Below are positions 29,907-43,420 of a DNA stretch of 64,000 bases, piece after piece; within the stretch, counting starts at the first letter, position 1; every line of letters begins with the position of its first letter. This DNA comes from Octopus sinensis (Eukaryota). Both the position numbers and the translations under genes were made by a program. The notes below the pieces were generated by a model. The model was not told the origin of the DNA, ran no database searches, and worked only from the letters and a program-made list of their open reading frames with translations. Location of the stretch: contig NC_043010.1 of assembly GCF_006345805.1 (NCBI RefSeq), forward strand, positions 4,402,001 through 4,466,000, written 5' to 3'.

Positions 29907-30304
29907 TAGGACTGTGGAGTGGCTGTGTGGTAAGTAGCTTGCTAACCAGCCACATGGTTCCGGGTTCAGTCCCACTGCGTGGCACCTTGGGCAAGTGTCT
30001 TCTGCTATAGCCCCGGGCCGACCAATGCCTTGTGAGTGGATTTGGTAGACGGAAACTGAAAGAAGCCTGTATATGTATATATATATGTATGTGTGTGTGT
30101 GTTTGTGTGTCTGTGTTTGTCTCCCTAGCATTGCTTGACAGCCGATGCTGGTGTGTTTACATCCCCGTCACTTAGCGGTTCGGCAAAAGAGACCGATAGA
30201 ATAATACTGGGCTTACAAAGAATAAGTCCCGGGGTTGATTTCCTCGACTAAAGGCGGTGCTCCAGCATGGCCACAGTCAAATGACTGAAACAAGTAAAAG
30301 AGTA
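29907..30304 (+). mobile_element. Bipartite tRNA-head SINE, family A, with internal microsatellite
   Basis: ggagtggctgtgtggtaag A-box, gggttcagtccc B-box, CORE-like ggcaccttgggcaagtgtctt, internal (TA)/(TG) tract, 3' tail gactgaaacaagtaaaagagta. Confidence 0.9.
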
Positions 30305-31675
30305 TATATCCATCCCTCATAAGAGTTTGAAAGTAATGAAAGAAATGGTAGACAACTGAATGGCACTGGTAGACAAGTTCGATCCCAGTAGGAGACTGAT
30401 GCTATATTTCATCGACACTGCAGAAAGGGTGAAAGGCAGAGTTAATCTCAGCAAAATTTGAACTTTGACCACAAAAACATGCCATCTTGTTTCATGCTAT
30501 AATGATTCTACCAATCCGCTGTCCTAGACATAACTAAACAGTCCTTTCTACTATAGTACAAGGCCTGGAATTTGAGGGGAGATATTTAGTCGATTACAAC
30601 GATCCCAGTGCTCAACTGTTACTTTTTTTTATCAACCCCCAAAAGAATGAAAACCAAAGTCAACTGTTGTGGAATTCGGAATCAGAATATAAAGCATTTT
30701 GCCCAGTGTGTTAAGGATTCTGCCAGCTTGCCACCTTGCCACAACTAAATAATACAAGGCATTTTATCAAACACTTTGTTTCTTCCAAATGCATGTCTTT
30801 GGTAAAATAATACTGATTTCTAATGTAAATATAAGACTTTAAATTTTAGAGTGAGAGAGAGTATAGTTGATTGATCCAATCCCATTTCTTGCCAAGTGAT
30901 TATTTTATCAACCCTCAGCAAAATGAAAAACAAAGTCAAATTTGGCACAACTTGAACTTAGAAAGTAAAGGGCCACAATTGAATGCTGTAAGGTATTGTG
31001 TTTTGTCTGATGTTCGAACAATTCTGCTCTTTTGTAATACAATATAGAATATTATACAAAATTGTATGATATTCTATAGAAAGCATGGCACAGCATATTT
31101 ATAAATGTAAATCAGAATTTACAAATACTTAAAATAAATTTTGGCTGCTAGCATGTTAAAATGGATGCTATTATGTTGATGCTAGATAAATGATTACATT
31201 CTTGAGATTGACAAAGAAATGCTGTAGATTATTTGATAAATTATGAAAACAATTCTGCCCTTGACAATGTGCTTAGCTTCACCTACTGTGAAATGCATTA
31301 AAAATTGCATCCAATCATATGACATTTATTTTGTAGAGTTAATTAGCATTAGAATTTTAGTCAGCAATATTTACCCAAACCATGCACAAATGGCAAAACA
31401 TATCTGTTAAACCTCATAATTTTGAAGTTCAACTTTAGGATGCCTGCTACTTAGGGATTGCAATTTGAATAAATTTAAAATGTTGCATATATAAAAGAGT
31501 GATCCTTTTTATTCCAAGGTAGATCTATTGACGAAAATGGTTTCCTTAAAGGTTAAGAGCAATGTAGAGCTTTAACTGCATCCATATAAATTGAAGTAAT
31601 ATTAACCTATCATACACCAAATCTAATAGCATTAGATTGATAAAAGGATTCTTCTGAATTTTTGCATTTGCTTAC

Positions 31676-31790
31676 AAATAGTGTTTAGAAGCACGTGGTT
31701 GCTTGACTGGTGACCACAGCTGCTGCTGTTGCTGCAGTTTATTGTTGCTTTTGGAGTATGAGAGAGAGAGAGAGAGAGAGACTACAACTA
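31676..31790 (-). promoter_or_regulatory. Possible first exon or promoter-proximal exon (minus strand)
   Basis: (TC)10 then cagcaacagcagcag, ending in donor |gtaagc at 31675. Same architecture as 8594-8940. Confidence 0.25.
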
Positions 31791-32466
31791 TAAGATGACA
31801 GACAAGGTGAGCAGTCTCCTTCAGGGGACAGAGTGGCTTCATGGTTTGTTACTTATAACCAGTTTGTTCTTTTTCCTTATCTTCTTGGGTCTGTTTCCTA
31901 TGAATGGAAAACTGTATTGTTTATATATTTCCATACAATCCATTTAATTGAACTTTCCTATAGTTGCATTTTGCACTATTTCATCATTGTTCTGGGATCA
32001 TCAGTACAACATAACATGAGAACTTGAAATTAGCTAGACTATTTCATTTGAAAGGTAATATCAGGAAGCTCTTTCATTAGAATAAAAATCATAATAATGT
32101 CAATGACATGTTTTATTGTTTCCTTCTCTTCCGTCCATTTAATTCTAACTAAATAAATATGTATATACAGACAAATCATAATCTATTTGACTTGTGCTTG
32201 AAAAAAATTAATTTGAGTGAACAAAGTCAAGGAGAAAATAATATTATTAATGAGAAAAATCTCTTTATCACTTTTATCTGCTGTTGTTCTCCTAGTTCCT
32301 AGTGTGGTTTTAGATCAGAAATCATAGGCTGTGAAACAGAATTAGGACAGACTAATAAATTTTGTTCATTGCTGGTAAAAAGTCGAATTTGTCTGTTGGT
32401 GATATATCATGTAAGGTGCAATGAAATGGAAATTTTCATAGTTAGTCTTTGAAATCATGCATAACA

Positions 32467-32517
<51 letters not shown>

Positions 32518-33384
32518 ATATATATATACATATAGGTAGTGAGTGAGTGTGTGTATGTGTACATAAATATGAATATGAATATATTTACGTATACATATTC
32601 ATATATACATGCACACACACACATATTTATACACACACATATATGTGTATATGTATGCATTTTTTCCCTCTCCACAACAGGTCTTGCATATAGAATTCAA
32701 CTGAGCATATCTTTTTCTTTCTCTGTAGTATCTTAAATAATCACAAAATTATTTACTTAGCTTCTCCCAATTTTGTGTACTGCTTCTTGCATTAGTATAA
32801 TTTTATTGTTCATTGAAAAGATCGAAAATAAAATGATTATAGTCCATTACTAAAGTTGATAATTGCTTATAGAAAATAGTAGAAAGACATAAATTGAAAT
32901 AATTTAGCTTGAAAGAATAAAACTAACTGGAAGAAAACTGGTTGAACAAAGTTGATAAATTATTTGATATCTTTTTTATATTATGTTACCAAAGATAATA
33001 TAATCGGTTTTAGTTTGAAAAACTTCTATGATTTCACAATATGTGAATTTCAGCCTTGAATACAAAGAATTTCAACATTGATAAAACATTAGTTTGGAAT
33101 ACTTGAGGTGTGATACAAACTCATCAATTATACTTGAGTTTTCAATCTAGTTTCTGTTTTATTTTGACGCTTCTCAAATATTATAACCAGAAATTATTAA
33201 AGATTCTGCAAATGAATTCTATATTCAAGCAATTTTTTTAATAACTAGTGTCAAAAGACTTGCCAAAACATTCAACGAAAAACTTAGGAAAACCTTTCTG
33301 AAGTTATCAACTACTAAACAAGATTTACTTACTATTCACTGAAGCAAAGTATCTAAAGTGAAATACAAATAATAATAATAATAA

Positions 33385-33636
33385 CATCCTAAAGCAACCC
33401 TTATTCAGGGACCTTTTGAGCAGGATGGGCTACTTGACCTGAAGAAAATTCTAACTGGGCCCCACCTGCAAGGTCATGTGCTGTTTATCTTGATATGAGA
33501 TCACCATGTCGCGCACATATGGTTGTGATGCATGTGCCTAGTGTACCCTTATCAGACGGGTAGTCATAATGGGTATGCTGGGCTTCGTATATTTCACCCC
33601 AGTGTCACTTTGATGGCATGCACTGCTCTCTCACTC

Positions 33637-33692
<56 letters not shown>

Positions 33693-33710
33693 TAATAATA
33701 ATAATAATGA
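33385..33710 (+). mobile_element. LINE 3' end or LINE-tail SINE with (AAT)n tail
   Basis: GC-richer 250-bp block ending cactgctctctcactc followed by a long (AAT)n tract. Confidence 0.55.
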
Positions 33711-34029
33711 TTCTTTCTAATTTTTAGTACAAGGTCAGCAATATTAAAATATTAGGGGAGAGGCAAGCTGATTGCATGAACCCCAGTAACTGACTGATAC
33801 TTTATTTTATTAATCCTGGAAAGATGAAAGGCAAAACTAACCCTGGTGAGATTTCAGCTCAGAATGTAAAGCTCAAGAAGTACCACTAAATACCTGAATA
33901 CTACACTCTTTGATCAACTCAGATTATAACTTAAAATCCATAATTATACAATTTACCTGCTGTTTTCTCTTAACAAACCCTTTTTCCTACCACTTCATGC
34001 AACATTTAAGAATATTCAGATATCTTTTT

Positions 34030-34417
34030 ATCTTCTAGTTGTTTCAGTCATTAGACTGTGGCCATGCTGGGGCACCACCTTGAAGTTTTAGGTGAATGAA
34101 TCGACCAGCAGTGCATTCATTATTTTAAGCCTGGTATTTACTCTATCAGTCTCTGTTGCTAAACCACTAAGTTATGGGGACATAAACACACCATCAGTGG
34201 TTGTCAAGTGGTAGACAAACACAGACACAACACACACACACACACACACACACACGATGGGCTTCTTTTAGTTTCCAACTATCAAATCCATTCACAAGGC
34301 CTTCATTGGCCCAAGATTATAGTAGAAGACATTTTCCCACGATGCCATACAGAAGGATTGAACCCAGAACCATGTGGCTGAGAAGCAAGCTTCTTATGAT
34401 GCAGCCACTCTTATGCC
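34030..34417 (-). mobile_element. SINE family A, diverged
   Basis: Reverse-complement similarity to family A over both halves. Confidence 0.75.
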
Positions 34418-34824
34418 TTTTCCATTCATATCTTCCACTGAAAATTTATTAAATGGATGACACCATGTTAACAATCTCAAATAAACATCTTGTCCTGTCA
34501 ATCTACTTCACAATTATAAAATACATCTTCAGATTGTTTTATTTCGTTCTTGTTTAACACTCATAGCATCAAAATAGCTGAATCAGCACCAAAAAAATTT
34601 GCCTGAATCTTATATGATTATAAGACATTTTAATATTGAGCTGTCTTATAAAATTCTGTTGAGATGTCTTCAAAATTCTGTTTCACTTTTTGCTAACAGC
34701 AGAATGTTCTACCATAGAGAACAATTAACAAAGATAACAAATTAATAACAGAACTTGCATGGGGTCAGTATAAGCATCATTTTCTCAAAATTTGTGCCAA
34801 AACAATGATTCAAGCTATCTAATG

Positions 34825-34864
34825 TTGGGGGGTGGGACAAACACAAACACATAAACACACACAC

Positions 34865-34898
<34 letters not shown>

Positions 34899-35060
34899 GA
34901 CGGGTTTCTTTCAGTTTCCATCTACCAAATCCACTCACAAGGCTTTCGTCAGCCTGAGGCTATAGTAGAAGACATGTGCCCAAGGTGCCACACAGTGGGA
35001 CTGAACCCAGAACCATGTGGTTCATAAGCAAGCTACTTACCACACAGCCACTCCTGCACC
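34825..35060 (-). mobile_element. SINE family A, partial
   Basis: cacacagccactcctgcacc head in reverse, with internal microsatellite. Confidence 0.8.
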
Positions 35061-35354
35061 ATGGACAAAAGTTTTCTATTTTGGGGTTGGGATAACCAAT
35101 GCGTTTTGAGTAGAATCTTCTAGGCACTTTTAAATTTCAGATGAAAAAAATCCATTAATATTTTATGTAAAATATGAGCATCCTATTTGCTTCATTGTTG
35201 ACCTTCCTTTACATTATAGTGATTTCATAAGTAACCATATACTTAAAATAGAAATGAAAATTTAAACAAGGAGAACTCAGTTCTTGGATAATGGTAATTT
35301 TTGTATCTAAATACAAACTTATTTCCTACCAGACAGGAGTCTGTATTATCTTGA

Positions 35355-35427
<73 letters not shown>

Positions 35428-35466
35428 GTATGTATGTATGTATGTATGTATGTATGTATGTGTGTG

Positions 35467-35500
<34 letters not shown>

Positions 35501-37085
35501 CTCATGTATATATACATATCTAGATATATACATACCTACACACACACTCACATGCACACACACACACACAAACATATATAACGTATACACAAAGCCATTC
35601 AAGATATTTTCTGAGCGATAGGTATTCTATTTACATGTTTTTTTTGTTTTTTTTGTTTTTTTATAAGTATTTACCTAAATATGACATTTTAAAATATCTT
35701 CTAAACCAAAAAAAATAGTTTAAATATTTTCTGAATGGTACAATTTCTAAACTCATTGTTAATAAATACACCAAACATATATCTTTCTCAGGAAAACAAA
35801 CAACATAAGTTTCCTACATTTTTATTGATTTACAATTCAAGAAATACAAATTTAAAAAAAAAAAAGGAGGAATTGAAGACATTTCTGTATATAATAAAAA
35901 ATCATAATCTAATGGAGGAATCATAGATTTCTTGATTCTGAGAAAATCCTTATAGATATATCAAAATGATATATATAAATAAAAGACCCTGACTTTCAAC
36001 TCCTTAGAATGGTACTGAAGTTTTATAAAGCAATATTTATGTAGAAATATGATTATATGAAAATAATCAAATAATTAGAAATTTTATATTTTGCCTTTCA
36101 TAATGTTTATTTTTTTTTTTTTTACAATATTTTTAATTTCATGTTTTGCTTATGTTTTTGTTCAATGAGGAAGATTGTTGCCCATAGCTATTAAAGAAAT
36201 CACAAAGTAGAAAGTGAGATGGCAGAAGATTATAACAGTTTATACAAAAATAACATAAAAATAAAATAATAGAAAATGATAATGTGTCATGAGGAGTAAA
36301 TAATTTTAGTATTTGCTTGATAAAATAAAGTTTCAGCTAAGTACTGGAGCTGACTTATTTGACAGTACTCTCTCTGTACTAGTTTTAGTAAGAAATGTTA
36401 TCTATTTTTAAAAATATTGTTTAACGGATATTTGTCAACACAAATGAATCACACTAGCTGAATCTGTTCAGTTTCACTCACAGATTTTTTAATCAATTCT
36501 TTTTAACTAAACAGTTTGAAACTTCGTATACTGGAGTAATTTCTCACGGTGAACACAGTTCACTCTCACCATTTTTGACAAAATTTCATATTTTAGAAGT
36601 TATTTCATGTTAAAGTTGTCGTATTTGGGTAATTTTAACCAATCACTGTTGTGTATTCAGTTGAAGAAAGCTACTGCTGTTTGCGACAGTACTCGAAGAG
36701 CAACAACTTCCGGGTCATCTTTACTAAATGAATAAAAAATTGATTTTTTTTTCTCTTGTATAGGGGTTCATACTTGTTTTCTTTTTGAAATTAAGGAAAT
36801 ATGTAGACAAGTAAGAATTTCCAAACTAATACAATTTTAATAGAAGATCGGGCAATCAAATAGTAAAACATTAAAATGTGAGTATAAGTAGTTAATGACA
36901 GACTTCTATCATTTTCTTTTTTTTCTGTTGATATTGTGTTGAGAATTGAAAAAATATAGAACACTCTCCCATCAATCACAGAAAAATTAACTAGAATTTC
37001 TCAGTATTTAGAATTTCTAATCAAATAAGGTAAAGGTTAGAAGTTAGCTTATCATAAAATTCTAGGGATGTATGGAATTAATTGT

Positions 37086-37396
37086 GGAGGCGCAATGGCC
37101 CAGTGGTAAGGGCAGCGGACTCGTGGTCAGAAGAATGTGGTTTCAATTCCCAGACCTGGCGTTCTGTGTGTTTATTGAGCGAAAATACCTAAAAGTTCCA
37201 CGAGGCTCCTGCAGGGGATGGTGGTGACCCCTGTTGTACTCTTTTGCCATAACTTTCTCTCACTCTCTCTTCTTGTTTCTTGAGTAATGCTGCGATGGAC
37301 TGGCATCCTGTCCAGCAGGGGGGAACACATACACCACAGAAACTGGGAAACTGGGCCCATGAGCCTGGCTAGGCTTGAAGAGGGCGACGTTTATCA
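37086..37396 (+). mobile_element. tRNA-derived SINE, family C
   Basis: ggaggcgcaatggcccagtggtaagggcagcggactcg head with A/B boxes; second copy at 42201. Confidence 0.8.
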
Positions 37397-37913
37397 TTAT
37401 TTAAATAATTATATTTGATATTTATTGTCCTGTTCTTGCTTCTTAGAATAGCTATTATAATTCACCTATTCACTACTGTGAGCAAAACAGTGTACATTTC
37501 AATCAAGGTGGGACTGGGTAATGGAGAGTCAAAATGATTGTACCTATTCAGGACAAGATTCTTGGGTTTCTTTGCAGGTCCTTGTGTATGTCACCTACCT
37601 CTGAGTAACATTCTGTATAGTAGCAAACTGTACCACAGCTTGTTCCAGTTTTTATAACATCATTTGAGAGATAATGTTTTCTCTGAGTTAGGAATTTTGA
37701 TTTATTGAAATTGTCCTCAAAATATTTCAACAAAACACAAAACACGAATAAATCAAATACATAACAAAACCTACTCATTGTGCTTATTTTTAGCTAAGTT
37801 GAGGGGGTTTTTGAGAATTTTTGAAAATTAATTACAAATAAAGTATAACAATACATTCACATGGCACCTGTTTGATGCAAAAGATACAAGGCTATTGAGA
37901 ACTATTCAGAATT

Positions 37914-38323
37914 TACTCTTTTACTTGTTTCAGTCATTTGACTGCGGCCATGCTGGAGCACCGCCTTTAATCAACTCGACCCCGGGACTTATTCTTTTGT
38001 AAGCCCAGTACTTATTCTATCAGTCTCATTTGCCGAACCGCCAAGTAACGGGGACATAAACACACCAGCATTGGTTGTCAAGCAATGCTAGGGGGACAAA
38101 CACAGACACACAAACATACACACACATATACATATATATACATATATATACATATATACGACGGGCTTCTTTCAGTTTCCGTCTACCAAATCTACTCACA
38201 AGGCTTTGGTCAGCCCGAGGCTACAGTAGAAGACACTTGCCCAAGGTGCCACGCAGTGGGACTGAACCCGGAACCATGTGGTTGGTAAGCAAGCTACTTA
38301 CCACACAGCCGCTCCTGCGCCTA
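37914..38323 (-). mobile_element. SINE family A, full length
   Basis: Full reverse-complement match to family A. Confidence 0.9.
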
Positions 38324-38589
38324 CAAATCAAAGATACATACACAGTGAATCTTTGACAAACTTGAGTCCCATTAACCTGGATATTAAATAAACTAGACTA
38401 ATCAAAAATAAGAGACAGACTGATAGTGTTGACTTCAGTGACCATCTTTGAGTATCTGCAGGATGGGAGCATATATTCCGGGTATGATATATGAGCGTGG
38501 TACACTTACTGAAAATGGTAAATCCATCGTAAATATTAAGCTCAATCATTAATATAATAATGGATCATAATGAGAGGTTATTTTTTCCG

Positions 38590-38803
38590 TTTGTGTGTCT
38601 GTGTTTGTCCCCCTAGCATTGCTTGACAACCGATGCTGGTGTGTGTTTACGTCCCCGTCACTTAGCGGTTCGGCAACAGAGACCGATAGAATAAGTACTG
38701 GGCTTACAAAGAATAAGTCCCGGGGTCGATTTGCTCGACTAAAGGCGGTGCTCCAGCATGGCCGCAGTCAAATGACTGAAACAAGTAAAAGAGTAAAAGA
38801 GTA
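38590..38803 (+). mobile_element. SINE family A, 3' half
   Basis: tgtgtctgtgtttgtccccctagc...gagtaaaagagta. Confidence 0.85.
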
Positions 38804-39499
38804 TTGTGGCAGTTGTTTTGGGATGCCCACCACACACTACTTGTTGGATCCTGATATGTACTGAGCACATGACAAGATTACAGAAGAGTGACAAAAGTTA
38901 GAGTTGAAGGTGACATTGCACTAGTAGACGCTATTATTTTGTCTTTACACTTTCCTTAAGAAATGTATCTTCTTTTTTCTTGTAGTTTGCACTTACCCCT
39001 AACTAATTAACCTCTTAATTCACCTGTTTTTTTAATTCATTCACCTTTCCTCTCCTCTCAGTATATTGAGGTAGTTGCTTATATAAGACGTCTTGGTGAG
39101 ATGTAGTTATGAATTCATTGAAAATTTATTAACTGAAGAAACTGGTTTTCTTTACAATTATTATGATTTTGTGACATAATGATATAATCTGGCTCTAATT
39201 ATCAAATCTGATTGTACGTACTCAGTAACAAAGAAATAGCCAAACGTTTGTATGTTCCTTTCTGAGTAATAATACTTATGTCATACTATGAAGTTCAATT
39301 TGGTAATGCATAGCACGTTGAAAATAACCACCAGTTGTAACACAATACAACTAGTGTTGCCTTGAAGTTTTAATATTTCACTAATTAGGCATCGTATTTT
39401 AAATCATGGTTTCAACAGAGAGTAATAATCTAAAGACAGAGCATATAACTCTATCTGTGATCCCAAAATTTGAGCTTATAAGTCAGATGAAGGCTGTTG

Positions 39500-41300
39500 G
39501 TTTGCTGACAAAGGTTTTTGAAGTGTGTGATGTTAAAAAGTAAATTTGGACATAAGGGTTAGTATAAAATCCTTACTGCATTTCCTTTGAACTACGTCGA
39601 TGAAAACTCTATATCATTATCTGCCATGCAAGAAAGTATTTGATAATTGCAAAATATATAAATCTTGAGGAGGCAGTAATGAAGTGGTTTATCCATCAAC
39701 GATCCTGTGATAAAATGTCAGTAGTGTACATATTCAAAGTGAAACTTGCAAGCTAACTTGACTTATGGGTAACAAAAGTATTGAAGTTAGTGACTGATGG
39801 TGATGGCAATTTAGAAATCGCTGTGAAACAGGTAATAAAATTGCCCATGTTGAAGGGGACAGCCCACCAGGTGAGGAAGCTGAATCATCCAGAAAAAGGT
39901 TAAAGGACGTAATCAAGTATATTGGGGATAAATAATCTAGAATACTCAAATGTTTTAAGAATAAATCCTAAATACCTTGTCATAATTTAACAGACGAACA
40001 TTTCCCAGTGTATTGTTATTTGAGTGAGGACAGTATGTACTTATCACAGTTTGTGTTGGTAGGAGATCAGCGCATTTGTGAGTTTTGAATAACATGCTGG
40101 ATCAAAAAAATCATGGTCAACATCCATATATTTTTATCCCAGAATTTCAAACCTGCTGTATGTAACTAGCAGAAAGTTATCCTCAAAGTTTCTGCTGATG
40201 TGGTAAAGACGCTGTTAATTTCTAATGATACACATGTTCTCCCAGGTGTTCACTAATTTTTCGGTAGTGATTGTAAAATAAGATGCATGTTCTTACCACC
40301 TAATGTTAATGCCATGATCTGACCAATGGATCAAGATATAATTGTAAGGAAAGGACATATTTGACAGCATGTTAACAGATGATGACAAAGACAAAGAGCC
40401 CTTGGTACCATCAAGAACCATGACCTTACATCTATATTTTATTTTGTATCTTCATGAAAGGCACTGAAGACTACTACAGTAAGCAATGCTTGGAAAAGTA
40501 TTTCTGTACGGTGTTGTAGGTAGAATATGATTTTGAAGGATTTGAGGTAAGTAATTTTTATCATACACTAGCAGTATCGCCCGGCGTTGCTCGGGTTTGT
40601 AAGGGAAATAACTATATAAGCATTTTTAGAGAGTTACTTCCCTTATAGATGCCAATTCGGGCTTTCTTAGCCATTTCTGTTTTGGTGTCTTCAAGCCATG
40701 AAGTCGTTGTTCTAAAAGAACGCTGGTCTCCTTGACAACGCTTTACAACGTTGATTTCCTTACACTCCCTTCCCCACAGCTTCACGAGGGAGGGAAGAAG
40801 GGGGAGAAGCAAACAGGTGCAGGTGTGACCATGGACGCCAACTCCGCCGCCATCGACACACGAAAAATTATGCATTAAAAGGAATAAAAAATGATGTTAA
40901 ATTATTTTTAAAATCGTAGACTCATTGTAGACGCGCGCTAATACTCAGACGGGCTCGATATGAATCACGACTATAAGATACCCGAATTTGGTTAAACTGC
41001 ACTGCAAAATGTTGGAGTAGTTAGGAATCTAAATCGAAGGGGACAGACACTCACACAACTACAGTTTTATATATATAGATTTCTGTTGGTATGTGAAACA
41101 AATGTCTCAAAAAATGACATCTGAACCTGGTAAGAAAACATAGAGAGCTACAAGTGTAAATTGAAGCTAAAAAAAACAGCAGATGAAGTTCTCATTGGCG
41201 ACAGCAGAGACAGGATGTAGAAGGTAATAAACCCTTACTCATGAAACTCAAATTCGTTGTCATATGTGAATCTCTATAACCACATTCTGTAAATTGACTT
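39500..41300 (+). mobile_element. Decayed pogo/Tigger-family DNA transposon, interrupted by a Helitron
   Basis: NLEEAVMKWFIHQRS at 39661 and SD*W*WQFRNR (CENP-B-type HTH); MFLPPNVNAMI*PMDQDII at 40287 (DDE_1 FLPPNxTxxxQPMDQG motif). Ends are approximate. Confidence 0.65.
40568..41079 (-). mobile_element. Non-autonomous Helitron
   Basis: Minus strand reads A|TCTATATATATAAAA ... cccgagcaacgccggg hairpin ... CTAG|T: 5' TC, 3' CTRR, subterminal hairpin, AT target, no TSD. Confidence 0.8.
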
Positions 41301-41809
41301 GGCAGCAGAAATCTCTGTTGACCAATATTATCAACATCACAGAGCCTTAATTATTTGAAATTACTATTAGCAAGTAAACAGTTGGAATCCGACTCACTGT
41401 TTAAGTCAGCTCAGTTGCAACTATTTTGTATCTGTTAAATCTGTTAATAATATTTATTTCTTTACTACCCACAAGGGGCTAAATCTGTTAATAATATTGA
41501 TGATCCACCCACTGTTGACTCAGTGACCACCCTCAATCACTTGAATTTTTATATGGTTGGTAAAGACCTTTGGTACTTCTATCTTGGATAACTCATAATG
41601 TCAAGTTATCTCCTTCACCCCTTCAACCTCCCCTTTCATCTTCAACAATATACGGGATTAATTTTTGGATTTTGACATGCTGTAAAAATAGCTCATTATA
41701 TACAACATTTTTTAGGCTAAATGATATTACAGTATTTTCTGCAATTTTATTACTGTTAACTATATTCATCGTACACACTATATATTGCAAGTATTGTATA
41801 TATATATAT

Positions 41810-41928
41810 GGCCTGCTCGCTTAGCCAGCGGGGTGGCGTCATTCGAAGGCTAAAACAATGCGAACGCATTGTGACCAGCGATGTGTAACAACATCTGATG
41901 GTCTGGTCGGTCACGTGATCACGTGATA
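41810..41928. other. Short GC-rich, highly structured element inserted in a (TA)n tract
   Basis: Multiple complementary pairs: ttagcc/ggctaa, caatgcg/cgcattg, gtca/tgac, tcgct/agcga, gatgt/acatc, gaccag/ctggtc. Confidence 0.5.
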
Positions 41929-42200
41929 TATATATATACAATACTAAACCTTAAACAAGACATCCTCCCTCAGTATTGATATGTTGTGACAAGGGTGCAC
42001 GGTTTCTATAAAAGTACATTTTCATGGTATTTATTTGAAGCTAAGTGGCTGGACTATTAAGAATTAGTTGTCTGTGTAAGGACACAGTGCATTTGTTTTG
42101 AAAGGATGTGAAGTATTACCCTAATAACACCATGTAAATTTAGTCAATACTACATTAAAGTAGAACTCTTATAATGATATTATCATTATTATTATTATGT

Positions 42201-42389
42201 GGAGGTGCAATGGCCCAGTGGTTAGGGCAGCGGACTCGCGGTCGTAGGATCGCGGTTTCGATTCCCAGACTGGGCGGTGTGTGTGTTTATTGAGCGAAAA
42301 ACACCTAAAAGCTCCACGAGGCTCCGGCAGTGGGTGGTGATCCCTGCTGTACTCTTTCTCCCACTCTTTCTTCTGTTGGCCTGCTTGGG
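42201..42389 (+). mobile_element. tRNA-derived SINE family C, truncated
   Basis: ggaggtgcaatggcccagtggttagggcagcggactcgcgg...gtttcgattccc. Confidence 0.8.
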
Positions 42390-43198
42390 AATGGTCATCT
42401 TTTGCCAATCATAATATTTTTTTACATATATATATATATATCTATGTATGATTTTTGAGGTTGTGTAATTTCATAATGGATAAAATTTCAAAACAGAGAT
42501 CCTACTTTTGGTTAGTTTCTCAAATTCCTGTTATTAGCTACATGTAGAGACCATTTTTAATTTTCAGCAAATGGTTTTATTAATCGTTCCAGCTTTAGAA
42601 ACGTTAGTGGTCCAATCCCTCAGTGACCAAGTTTCCATATCTCAGATATTTTAGCCATGTGATTTTTCTATTCTATACTTGTCAGTTACAAGATTAATTT
42701 TGCAAATCATTGCAGCCAACTCCGATATTCTACCAGCACATGGATTAGTAGTATATTGAAGTTGCTGTTGTTATAGAGAGCCATAGCTGGCAAAATTGTT
42801 AGATTGTTAATCTTTCAGCTGAAGGCACCATATCAAAATTCCTGACAAAATTTCCTCTTAGAACAATGATTTTTTATTTTAAGTCTTTAAAATGGCTCTC
42901 AACTAACACTGTTGCTAAGTATTTGGTGTCAAATGGTATTTTACAATATTTCTGTTCAATCCTAATTGCAATTAAAAGGAGAATAATTGGTGATATTTTC
43001 TCACAAGAATTACTTCTAGCTGTTAGCATTGGGAAATATTAGAGATTTCACCACAAAAAACAAAGTTTTTTCAAAAACCAGTGCTTAGATTTCCTCAGCT
43101 CAATACCAGTATACAGCCTGTAACATTTTCAGATGATTTAGTACTTATTCTTGACAGTAAAGTTAACTGGGGCATACAGGGTTAAGTATCTAGTTTAA

Positions 43199-43420
43199 CC
43201 CTTTTGTTACTGTATTTATTTTGAGATGCTCTGTGTTATGTTCAATTAATTTTAAATATAACAAAGAATTTAGTAAAATAACTTAGTTATAATTAAACTA
43301 GTGTTAGGAATATAAATTGTGACTAAGGTTTGGTGGTATATTCTAATGCAAAACTTATGAAAACAAGACATTTGTACTACAGAGCCAGAGCCGGTTTTGG
43401 CTGGGCTGGTAACAAAAGGG
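43199..43420. mobile_element. piggyBac-like MITE
   Basis: TTAA|cccttttgttac ... gtaacaaaaggg|TTAA; perfect 12-bp TIR and TTAA TSD. Confidence 0.85.

Noticed and set aside
31519-32410. Plus exon candidates 31519-31551 and about 32303-32410
   Set aside because: Short open frames with plausible sites but no homology; chance cannot be excluded.
37086-37160. tRNA gene (also 42201 and 44449-44519)
   Set aside because: A/B boxes present, but no complete acceptor stem, and each continues into a repeat body: SINE/TE heads.
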